NCBI RefSeq assembly: GCF_963921235.1
Contig: NC_086108.1
Coordinates: 43,774,001-43,838,000, forward strand
Direction of reading: 5' to 3'
Source of the DNA: Mobula hypostoma
Taxonomy: Eukaryota
Length of the DNA stretch: 64,000 bases
The notes beneath the pieces were generated by a model. The model made no database searches and was not told where the DNA came from. It saw only the letters and a program-made list of their open reading frames with translations. Of this stretch, positions 49,036 to 61,009 are shown piece after piece. How positions within the stretch are numbered: position 1 is the stretch's first letter; each line of letters opens with the position of its first letter. Position numbers and translations under genes: made by a program.

Positions 49036-50778
49036 CAGCCAGTATCTTCCAGCCTGTGTTCCAACAAGTTCAGATTCCTGCTTAACTGTGGAATCTTAAT
49101 CTTGCTAACTACTCTTCATTGTTGATTTCTTATCTCTACTCCAGATGAAGTTGTGGTACAGATGCTGTCAAATCTGGCCAACAATCTGCGACAAAACTCT
49201 AAATGAGAATCAGGTTTAATGTCATCACCATATGTCATGAAATTCATTAGCTTAACAGCAGCAGTACAATGCAATACATGACAAATATAGAAAAATAAAT
49301 AAATCAATTGAAGTACATATATGTATATTACATAGTTAAATTAAAATAGTGCAAAAACAGAAATAATAAAAAAATGAGGTGGTGTTCATGAATAGAGACG
49401 AATGACTGAGGGTAAGGTAATTTACATTTCTCTGAATTAGTATAGTTAATTGCCCTGGTGTTCAGAAGTTTGCTAGTTTTATTAGTTAACAAAAATTACT
49501 TAAACATTTTTCATTGTAATTGATAATTTTTGAATATTTTGAACATTTCTGAATGCCACAAAAATCCTCTTTGAAAGACAGAGTACATCCGTGTAAGACC
49601 ACACTGCAGGCAGGATACATGGGCTGCATCTAGCAGTACTGACATTTGTGGAGGGGGATCCATAAAAGGATAGCTTAGCAGCAAGTGCGGGCAATTCACA
49701 ACAGGCAGGAAATCCTGGACCATTATGTCTCAGGAGTGAAATTTTAACTCATGACCTTTATGGCAGGACAAACTGGAAATATGATTGTCCTTTTATAAAG
49801 GAAATATTCTTGTTAGGTGTGAAGAACAGGAAATTTGAGTATTTCATTTAAAATAGGCAGTTTTGAGGATTAAATACTGCATTATGCATTACACAATGAG
49901 GAATTCCTGAGGACATAGCTTATACATATGGCATGAACTTTAATCTTTACTCAGTAAAAATATAATAGGGATATTTCCCACGTTCCTGTCTGTTTTGTAG
50001 GAATCAACTAAATGCTAAAATGCAAATTCAATCACTTCTGTTTGAGATCAGGATCATGAAAGGGCCTTAATGCCATTCTATCAATGTGTACAACAACTAT
50101 GTCAGTCATTACATCAGGCTTTACCATATTTGAGTTTACAAAATACAGTTGGATACCTTCTCCTGGTGATAATCACTCTACTGGTACAAAATAGATCTAA
50201 AGGGGTTGAATTATGAATGCAGTGTATTATTATGTGCCTGTATGTACAACAATGGAAACTAAGTTTCATTGAACTGAGGAACAGCATGATAGGGAAGGGT
50301 GATAAAACAGGAAGATTGAGCGTGTTTCCTGCAGATTGTAAATGATTATCAAAGGATATTTACAGTTTAACAGTTTGTGTCTGAGCCTTTGTCCAATTTA
50401 CGGAAGGCATTCAAATAAGTTTAGAACAGCTAACATTTTCTTAAAGAGAAATAAGGATATTCAAATTAAAAGTCTCCAGTTATGTCTTAAAAAGTCTTAT
50501 GTTAACAGTTTCCCAAATTGTTAACATAACTTGTATCTTACCTAATGTAAATCCTAGCTCAAAGAGGCATTAACTTGAGTTGCTATAACTAACAAATAAA
50601 ATTGATTAATATCATTTGCTAATTGGATATAATGCAATAAAAGAATAAGATTACAACACTAAATATAGCCACCACAAAGGTCCCTTAAGGATGTTCAAAT
50701 AGATATACCGCACATTAATTGTTTTGAAGAAGATAGAACCTGGAATAATCGGTTTTAAAGACAAAAACAGTTACTTAC

Positions 50779-50882
50779 CTAGCTCCTCTCCTTTACCTCT
50801 TCGATTTTCAATTATCTCCAGTAGTTGTTCAGCAGCCTCATTCACAGACATGAACCTGGGAGGCTCAAAGATCTTCCTTCCC
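50779..50882 (-). CDS. DPH5: Diphthine methyl ester synthase, penultimate coding exon (104 bp)
   Basis: (R)GRKIFEPPRFMSVNEAAEQLLEIIENRRGKGEEL; acceptor ttttttag, donor CTAG|gtaagt; phases 2/1 fit both neighbours. Confidence 0.95.
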
Positions 50883-51684
50883 CTAAAAAATACATTTTCA
50901 TCTGTGTTTCTAAATAGATTTTTAAATTTCTTTCCTATCCAACAACAAAATATTGAAAAAATAGAGCAGGGCAATAGAATTTACCCCTTTCACACTGAAA
51001 TCAATGAATATTTCAGTTGATTTTTAAACTGAATACAAGGCAACGCTCCAAGGCAGTTAATAAGAGAGTTATCAAACAGGAGTTGAAACTTGTTCAGGTG
51101 AACAAAATCTTGAGAGAAGAGTGGTAGAGAGATTTAGTTGCAAAATTCCAGGTATTGAGGCCTTGGCAGTTGACAACACTCTTGCCACAGGTAGATGAGT
51201 AAATCCGGCAACGACAAAAATGTACCAGTAAAATTTAACAGTAAGGAAGACTGCCAAACAGAGGAATCTGTTGGATGAAGTCTCTAGGTAATCAAATCAC
51301 AAACATCAGCTAAACTGCTGAAGCACTAATTCTAAATATCCATGACTTCCAACCATTTCATGCTAAAAAATAAATCATATTATATCTCCAAGTTAGCTAG
51401 CTGAGGAAATGCATGACTTGCATTGAGCCAGAGGCCAGAGAAGTCCTGGATTCAATTCCCAATATGTGTTAAATTAGTCAATTTCATTTTGGAGGTGAAT
51501 GGCTACAGAAAATGAAGGATGTGATTTAAGATTGAATGTGATTACCTCAGTAACATTGCATATAAAAAACTTCCCTTAGGTAAGGTGCAGAGGATTACTA
51601 CCATTATGCAAAGAATCATAGATCATAATTAATTACTATTATGGAAGGGAAATGGTGAAAAATAAAATACTGTTAAATGAAGAA

Positions 51685-51875
51685 GAAGAAAGCCCTTAAC
51701 TCCGAGTGGAGTCATTGGAACGCCGTCATGACAGCATTTTCTTAGCAGGCTTTCTTATTTTTATGAGGCCAAGTTGCCACCAAAGATGGAAAGCGTGCAA
51801 GGGAGCCGGCTGGATTTGAACTCGGGAGCCTTCACTCTGAAGTCCAGCGCTGATGCCACTACACCATCAGCCAGC
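51685..51875 (-). mobile_element. tRNA-derived SINE with (CTT)n tail and 18-bp TSD
   Basis: A-box TGGTGTAGTGG, B-box GAGTTCAAATCC; ATACTGTTAAATGAAGAA at 51667-51684 and 51876-51893. Confidence 0.9.
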
Positions 51876-52923
51876 ATACTGTTAAATGAAGAAACTAAAT
51901 ATTTATTGGCTAGTTTTAATTTTAAATTACCAGTAGCAGTGAAACATTTTAATAATATCATACAAGTGCTTATAATATTAAATATTTTAAAATTAAGCTG
52001 CTTCTACCTAGTTAAACTACTATATTTTTGCTGCCATTTACATGATTGAAGCAGCATTCTTTGTCTTGGAGAACTAGATTCAAATCATAACAAGATTGCT
52101 GTCCAAAATAAGCACAATTAAAGTATAAATTTTAAATATTTCCCACTGGATGTGTTCCAGTTTGACTGGAATTTGATTATGATAATTTGAAAGCATACAG
52201 TTGGCTAATGAGTGGGTTCGGAGCTACTGGGTATTATTTGTCTATCTTATGACCTCAGTAACTCAGTATTGATTTTCCTTGTACCTGTGGCATTATCAAG
52301 TTTGGACAAGTCTTGTATTAGTTTCTAACATATTTTATGTTTCAGGCAACAGTTTAACCAATCTTAGATGGAGCAGGGAAAGACTAGCATCCATAAAATA
52401 GATTAGCATGGTGGCAGCAGGGCATTAACCTGCTTCCCAAAGGCAAAAAGCTTTAAATGAGATTTCACTTCTTATATTTACCTCCATTTTAAGCAAAGTG
52501 CTGGTCAGATAGGTTAAATGTACTTTGGTAAAATTGACAACATTTTGGTAAAATAAGAATACTAAATAGAACAGATAATTACCTATGCAGCACTGTCTCA
52601 GGAACAGGAACTACCTGTAAGGAATCTCAACTCTAAGCTTATCTGTAGACCACTTTGTGATTGGATTTCCAGCCTCTCACCTCATTGTCCTTTTATCTTC
52701 TTCTGACTAGATATCTGCCACCTTCACAACCAGGCAGTTTGTAGCAGGGAAATCTATTTAAAAATGGCCCCTTTCAAATTTCAGTAGAATCATCCCGTTC
52801 TCCTAAATTAATCTCCCCTATTCCTTTCTCTACAACATATGCTGCGCGAGGGTTTGGTAAATAGTATTTCTAGTTTGTATACTGTGAGAAATATTCTGCT
52901 CCCTAAATAATTGAACAACTTGC

Positions 52924-52963
52924 CTTAATAGATTTTCCAGCGACTGTTCCTTTACTTTGATGT
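52924..52963 (-). CDS. DPH5: Diphthine methyl ester synthase, 40-bp coding exon (not in the ORF track)
   Basis: (D)IKVKEQSLENLL(R) matches the conserved DPH5 DIKVKEQS motif; acceptor ctcttttttttacag, donor AAG|gcaagt; splices in frame to 50882. Confidence 0.92.
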
Positions 52964-53063
52964 CTGTAAAAAAAGAGGGAAAAGGCTTGTTTACAAAACT
53001 TATCCATAACCATATCTATATTTAAGTTTCACTCTGCTCATGGGAAAATAGAACATAAAACAG

Positions 53064-54105
53064 AGATAAATATTCTCCTTCATACTCACACTTTCTGCAA
53101 TACCTTCAAGTTAGACATGTTTTACAAAAATATTTAAGTAATTTTCCTTAGATATTGGAGGCTGACCTGTTACTATTATGAGTACGAATCCTTCGATCAA
53201 GGGTTCTATTGGAAGAATTTATAATTTATTATTACAATGGGATAAGCGTCCTTTATCTAAGATTAAACAGGATTGGGAAAGGAACTCAATTTGACTTTCA
53301 TGACAGAGGATTGGATGCGGATTTTGAAGTTAATTCCTCTTCAGTTTGTGCTAGCCATTCATTGATTCAATTTAAAATTGTACATCATTAGACTTCCTAA
53401 AATCTTTTCTAATGTTGATAGTCATTGTGATAGATGTAAAACTGAGATAGCTACAGTGACACATACGTTTTGGTCTTGTTCTGTATTGGAACAGTTCTGG
53501 AAGTCGGTTTTTTCAACAATTTCTAAAGCACTTAAAATTAATCTACAACCTAATAAATTAATTGTACTTTTTGGAATAATTCCTCAAAATATCCATGGTA
53601 TTTCTGTGTCTGACCAACATGTTATTGCATTTGTTACATTGATAGCTAGGAGGGCCATCTTGTTGAAGTGGAAGGATACATCAGCTCCCACTTTGTCACA
53701 ATGGTTCTCTCAAGTGATGCCATGTCTTAGTTTGGAGAAAATTAGAAGTCGAACCTTTGAACCTTTATTTGATTTTGAGAAAAGATGGGGCTCATTTGCT
53801 CGTTATTATCATTTGAGCTAATTGATAGATTTTTTCCACGATCTAACTGTAAATTTTTTGGTATATTTTCTTTTCTTGCTGGTGGTTTGATGTTTATTTT
53901 CAGAAGCTTTTTGTATGATGCATGGCTCTGGGGTTGTACACCTAATGGGTTCTTTTTTTTCTCACTTTTTCTGCTTAGTAGGTTTTTTTTGTTATCACAA
54001 TTTTTTTTCAATCTTTAAGATAATGTCTTTTTTGAGACATTGTAAGTGTTGTTACTTCAATGTACTCATGTTATTTCTTTTGTATAACAATAAAAAGATT
54101 TGAAA
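53064..54105 (+). mobile_element. L1-clade LINE 3' fragment (ORF2 cysteine-rich C-terminus, 3' UTR, A-rich end) with 14-bp TSD
   Basis: CDRC..HTFWSC..FW and IARRAILLKWK...W...LSLEKI motifs; AGAACATAAAACAG at 53050-53063 and 54106-54119. Confidence 0.85.
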
Positions 54106-56769
54106 AGAACATAAAACAGGGAATACTACAGCACAAGAACAAATCCATTCAGTAATGATACCTGTGCCACTTATGAAGCCAATTTAAATTGAACATCTGT
54201 CTGCACATGGTTCATGTCTCTCAATTCTCTGCCTGCTCATGGGCTTGTCTAAGTGTTTCGTAATCATTGCTATCATATCTGCTATCAAAACTTACTCTAG
54301 CAGCACATTCCAGGCAATATCAATTTATGTATAAAAAAATTGCCAAGTAAACCTCCTTTAAAATCCCCCCCCCCCACCCCGGTCTTAAACCTGTGCCCTC
54401 TAGTACTGACATTTTCATCATGGGAAGACTCTATCTACCTTGTTTATGTTTCCATTAACCTAATGTTCTTTGTTCAAGTTGTCTCTTAGCATCCTAGACT
54501 CTGAAGAAAACTATCCAAACCTGGTCCAATCTTTCATTATAGCTAATACGCCATACGCTTTCTTTACAATCTCATCTATTTGCTTTTACCACCTTCCAGG
54601 AACTATGAACTTGCACCCTGAGATGCCTCAGTACATCAATGCTCTGAAGTGGTGCCATTTAGGAATATTGATTTACAGAGGGATCAAGAATATTAAAATG
54701 CTCCATAAATTTCAGCAGTTAAGAAAATGCACTCGGGACCCAATTGTCATACCTCAAATTTCCTTCACATTGCTGAAATGGAGTTGCTAAGCAATACATG
54801 AAAAAACTTCCACCTTTAGAATGTAGAAAAACCCCTAGACCTTCCTTCACCTAAATTAAGTTCCAGAAAGCTTAATCAGATATTAAAATCTGTGTTAGTT
54901 TTAGATACAGCAATATGTTTACAGATTAAAATGAACTTTACTTACAGTACTTGATCAGCAAACTGGTTAATACAAAAGACCCCTAAAATCTATGTGTTAG
55001 TGTATTTGATTATTAACATACATTGGCAGTGAATGATATGCATTATTTCATTCATGTTTGTATTAAATTCACAAAATGGTTAACTGTCTCTTCTTTCAGT
55101 ACAATCAGCAATCCAAGTGCATTGCAGTAGTTCTTAGAAATACATACTAGTTATTTGCATTTCATCCAAAATAAAATCTTCCATGAATTAACTCAATTGG
55201 GCAGTATTTTACAATAAAATTTAAAATCAGTAACATTAGCTTCAAAATATTCTAAAGGACCATTTAATTGATGGGCCGAATGGCCTATTGCTGCTCCATT
55301 ATCTTATGGTCTTATGGTCTAAGACTGGTAGGCTGATGTGGTTTTAGCTGTAAGGCTGAAATTGATTAACACATAGGAGGCAACTTATAATCAATACTTA
55401 GGCCAAACTGAGCAATCTGTTGTTAAATAATTGAAAATAATCTTAAATTTTCATACAATACCACCAGTTGAAGTAGTGCAGCCAGTCTCTTGCAATTTAA
55501 ACCTTTTTAAAATGTGCACATCAAAAGAAGCTTAATGCTAACAACCTCCTCAGAAGCCCACAGCATGGGACAACAATTAATGGACACTAGAGTGATTCTT
55601 CCAAGTGATGCTCAACACGGAATAGCAAGTAACTCATCAGCTATGGAAGAGAAATGGATGCTAATTCTTCAAACAATTTTGGCCAGCTTTTAAGCACAAT
55701 TTTTTTTAAAGACGAGGAACTCACTTTATTTGGATGTAAACTTACACTTATTCAATTTCTCGATTCATTCAATTGATTTTGGGTAAATAGTAATGAAAAA
55801 AAACTAGTGAAGGATCCTGTCTTATTTGCTTTGTGGTCTTTGGACCCTTTGAATTTATATAATTATAAAGCTATACAGTACAGATGAGGCAGCTAAATGG
55901 CATTTTGCTATAAGTAGTAGTTAACAGAAGGTAGGATCTGTAACAGTGCAATTAGTATCACTTAAAGAAGGGTATGGTGTGGTAATCCACAATTTCTTTC
56001 CTTATCTGTATTTGATCTGACATCAGACATATGCTTATGACTGCATACCACTGTTTAACTTTCTGGGCCTATCATACTCAGGGATGGTAATAGACAATTC
56101 TGGCATCTTGGATGAAAGGTATTATTCTGAGAGTTAATTTACTCTTTGGCCAATTCACCTGATTTTAGCAGAGGTCCATATCACTAGTTAAGGAGGAACA
56201 TTTTTATTAATTTACATTGTTTTCTAGCAGCCTGATTTGATTTCAAAGCCAGATCAGAGCTAACCATATTACTATTGCGTCTAGATTTACACTACATATA
56301 CAACTGATCAGGAGTGCAGTGTAGACTTTGACAACAATGCAATGGAATTATATTTCTCATCCTATTTAAGTCGCAGATTTAATAATTCACTGAACTCACA
56401 TTTCCTAGCCGGAATAGTAGGATTTTAATTATGCTTCTGGATCATTCCAGGTCTCCAGATTATTACTCCACTGATCACCAACCTGAGGGCAATTGTGCTA
56501 GTTTTCACAAGAGTCCTTGTTTAAACTTATCACACATTGTCCCTCAATGGCTTATGAATTACTACGTCTTCATTAAAAATTTGGAAGAAACTCTTGACCA
56601 GCAAAGCCACAGAATAGACTCTGTACCTTAGCAGAGGAACTTCAAATATCCTACGAGTGGTTTAATGACACCTCTGCTGATGAAATCTTACTTATATTGT
56701 TATCAGACAGGGCTTGTTCATGACATTACTGATGGGATTTATCAAAATACTCCAAAACTTGCTTGCCAA

Positions 56770-57770
56770 TTTGTTCCCCTTGTCCTCACCTATCATCCCA
56801 CCAGCCTCCGGATCCAACATATAATTCTCCATAACCTCCACCACCTCCAACGGGATTTCACCGCTAAGCACATCTTTCCCTCCTCCCGCTCTCTGCTTTC
56901 TGCAGGGATCGCTCCCTACGTGACTCCCTTGTCCATTTGTCCCCCCATCCCTCCCCACCCATCTCCCTCCCGGCACTTATCCTTGTAAGCAGAACAAGTG
57001 CTACACATGCCCTTACACTTCCTCCCTCACTACCATTCAAGGACCCAGACAGTCCTTCCAGGTGAGGCGACACTTCACCTGTGAGTCGACTGGGGTGATA
57101 TACTGCGTCTGGTGCTCCCGATGCGGCCTCCTATATATTGGCGAGACCCGATGCAGACTGGGAGACCATTTCGCTGAACACCTACGCTCTGTCTGCCAGG
57201 GAAAGCAGGATCTTCCAGTGGCCACACATTTTAATTCCACGTCCCATTCCCATTCTGCTATGTCTATCCACGGCCTCCTCTACTGTAAAGATGAAGCCAC
57301 ACTCAAGCTGGAGGAACAACACGTTATATTCCGTCTGGGTAGCCTCCAACCTGATGGCATGAACATTGACTTCTCAAACTTCAGCTAATGCCCCACCTCT
57401 CCCTCATACCCCATCCGTTATTTATTTATTTATGTGTGTGTGTGTGTGTATATACACACACACATATATTCTTTTTCTCTCTCCTTTTTCTCCCTCTGTC
57501 CCTCTCACTATACTCCTTCCCCCCTCCCCTTTTCTTTCTCCCTAGGCCTCCAGTCCCATGATCCTCTCATATCCCTTTTGCCAATCAACTGTCCAGCTCT
57601 TGGCTCCATTCCTCCCCCTCCTGTCTTCTCGTATAATTTTGGATCCCCCCTCCCCCTCCCACTTTCAAATCTCTTACTAGCTCTCCTTTCAGTTAGTCCT
57701 GATGAAGGGTCTCAGCCCAAAACATCAACTGTACCTCTTCCTAGAGATGCTGCCTGGACCGCTGCGTTTG
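56770..57770 (+). mobile_element. Penelope-like retroelement 3' part
   Basis: ORF 57062-57388 is an open GIY-YIG domain (FTCESTGVIYCVWCSRCGLLYIGETRCRLGDHFAEHL...EEQHVIFRLGSLQPDGMN); decayed hammerhead at ~57694-57731. Confidence 0.9.
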
Positions 57771-60700
57771 CCACTTACCAATGTATGGTTCTGCTGATTT
57801 ACACTGGCTCCTGCTTCAGCAGTTCTCCCAATAATACATTAGCTATTCCTGTTGTTAATGTCCTAAGGTTTCAATGTCCCCCATCACCACTACCCTTTGC
57901 TCCAACTCTTTCGGAAATTTTCCTTCAATTCCAGTTTCTGGTGCTTTCCTATGTTTACTGATTGAGCATTTGAAGCTGTGCTTACCTTTGCCTACACTCT
58001 CATAATGTTTTACTCTATAGAGGTTTTCTCTTCCTAATTCCCTTTCCTCCTTCAAAATGTCATCTTTTTGCCTGAGTTGAAATTTCTATTGGATGGAAAA
58101 GTGCCAATCCCTGGGGACAGCATAAAAGTGCAAGCTGTTGCTGTTGTTGTTAAGAGACCCTCAATCAAATTCTTAAGGAGACTAAATCCCCATTTTAACC
58201 TGTGCCATACTTTATTGCATGCGTGGCAATCAACTACAGTTCAAAACATTTTAGTCCTACTGTGCTGAATTCTAGCAGATTAATAACAGAATTAATAAAA
58301 GGAAACTCAAAACCACAAAATAATGGCACATGGGGGAAAGGGGGAGGGAGGACAATAAGAGAAATAGTAGGGGTAGAGGAGGATAGGGGAGAGGTGAGGT
58401 GAAGAGGAAGAAAGGGAAGGGGAAGGGGAGATGGAGGAGGAGGGTGAGGGGAGATGGAGGGAGAGGGAGAGAACCTAAACGATTGAACACAAAAGCTACG
58501 AAATAAGGAAATGAGAATTATTCGGATGTGAGAACATAAATAAAGAATGTAAAAGTTGTGCAATGCTGCGATTTGTCCAACAAGTCTCTGCATTTAAAAT
58601 GGGGATGGTACGTGACTTAAAAGTTATGTGCAGGTGGTGAACTCCTCTTACATCTGCTGCACTTTTCCTTCAGGCACATTTCCACGAGTTGTAGATTTTG
58701 GGAGATGCTGAAGTAGCTTGGATGAATAATTGCAGTACATTTATTTTGTTAATAATGCCGGTGGTGGAGGAAATAAACAGTGAGGGTGGCTTACATGTGG
58801 GAATAAAACAGCTGTTTTGTCCCTTATGATGTTGAGCTTCTAGGGAATTGTTGCAACTGTACTACTCCAGACAAGATAAGAGTATTGCTGACCTATGCCT
58901 TGTAGATCTTTGAAGTATTAGAAGATGAGTCACTATTGTGGATAACCAGTCTCTGATATGGTCTTCGCAACACAGAAAATAAATGGCTGGCTCAGTTCAG
59001 TTTTGGAACAATGGTGACTTGTATATTGATGGAGGAGACACAGTGGTGGCAATGCCATTGAATGTCAAAGGTAGATGGTTAGATTCTGTCTCCTTGGGGA
59101 GTAGTCACTGCCTGTCACTTTTGTGCTGCAAACACAACTTGCTACCTATCAGCTAACATCTGAACATTGTTTGGGCCTTGCTCTATGCAGGCATGGATTG
59201 TTTCAATTGTGAGAGGAATTGTGAACATTTAGATACGTCCTCACCTCTGACCATATGATGGTAGGAAGATATTTGACAAAGCTGTTGAAGGTGGTTAAGC
59301 CAATGACACTGCCATGTTGACTTTCTGCAGTGACTAGTCCAAGTGTGGGGTCAGTAATTTTAACTGCCAACAACCACAGTTATCTTACTTTGAGTAAGAT
59401 GTAACTTTAATCATGGGAGTTTTTTTTCTCTTGATGTTCACTGACTTGTTTTGCCAGGACTCCTTAACGCCAAAGTTAGTCAACTGGTGTTATAGGCAGT
59501 CACTCCAGTCTCACTACTGGAACTTAGCTCTTAGGGTCTTGGCTGTGGCATAGTCTGTAGCTTAAGTTCAAATTCAATTATCATTCATCCATAATATAGC
59601 CAAATGGAATAGTGTTCTTCTGGGGCCAAGGTATAAAATACATTACCCACAGGGCATAACAGGTATAGTTAAGATTTCAGAAAAACATAGTCACAAAGAA
59701 GAAAAAATATATAGCCTAAGTCCCAGAGTGGCATGATTGTAGAATTGATGGTAAGTTGTCCTGGTCCAGCTTGTTCTTCCACTGAGCGAACGCTAGTGTC
59801 TTGAGATCATGATAAAAACGTCCAAGATGATTAACTGCAATGTGCACTGTCTGATGGTACACAACAAGTCCAGGCAATAACACAACAGTGGTACTCAATC
59901 AGTCAAGCTCCATTGCTATTGAGCAACTCGCTGATGGGACAGTCCTGCAGTACCTTATGTTCTTAGTATCCAGCAGTGACTTCTGATCATTAAAAAAAGG
60001 CATACAAGATGAACAAATACACCTTTGATTGGACCCTGAGTGGCAAGTGCACTGCCATTTTACTAGAAGTTATATGATAATATGAAGAAAAGAAGAAGAT
60101 TAAGGGTCTTGGCAAAATTAAAACTAGGCACCTTGGCAGAGGTTATTGGTGAGTAACTGTCAACAAGAGTTTCCTACACTTTGCTGATGATTGAGAGCAG
60201 ACTGATGGGTTGTCCCGCTTTTTTGTGGACAAATCATATCCAGGCAAGTTTTCTACATTGCTGGGTACATGCAAGTGTTGTAACTACTGGAATATCATGG
60301 ATGGAAGCACAGCTTCTTCTGGAGTTCAGATTCTCAGTACTAAAGCTATGATGGCATTTGGCCTGACAGCCTTTGTCGTATTAATAAATCACTGAGAGCA
60401 ATAGACATTGTGTATAATCAGAGTTGAAGTTGGACATACATTGCAATTTAACTCAAGATAAATCCAATATTTATTTCTCCAGTGTACGTACTGAAGCCCA
60501 TATCGTGAGAATATATATGTTAGCAAATCTCCAAGTAGATGGTGAAAGTCAGGCTGACATCTACAGTGTTCTGAGAAAACTACTCATATTACAACATTAA
60601 TATAATTGTATTTTCAATGATTGACTTTAGTTTTGTTTTCTTAACAATCCATAATTACTGAAAGAAAGGAGATTTTATAAGGGCACTGTTATTACTGTGC

Positions 60701-61009
60701 TTGAAAACTGAGAAAAGAAAGGCCTTGGATAATGTTTTAATATTGTACTGGTTTGTTAAAGTAATGTGATGAGATAAATCTTGATGCAATTTATGGTTAT
60801 CTTGCATTTGCAATCTGGTAATAAAACAACCTCTGATGTGTGCTCTATCAAAACACTGAGCTTTGATGTCTATAAAAAGATTAAGAATGTATTTAATTGA
60901 TGACTATATGATGAAAAGAAAAAGATTAAAAATACAGTTTTGAAATTAGGAGGATAAGAGAGGTAAAAGATGGATTTAGTTGTAAAGGTTAAGGAAAACA
61001 CCTAGGTTC

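Noticed and set aside
58330..58475. Purine-rich stretch and the Pro/Leu-rich ORFs on its opposite strand
   Set aside because: Low-complexity GA-rich sequence; the ORFs are compositional artefacts.
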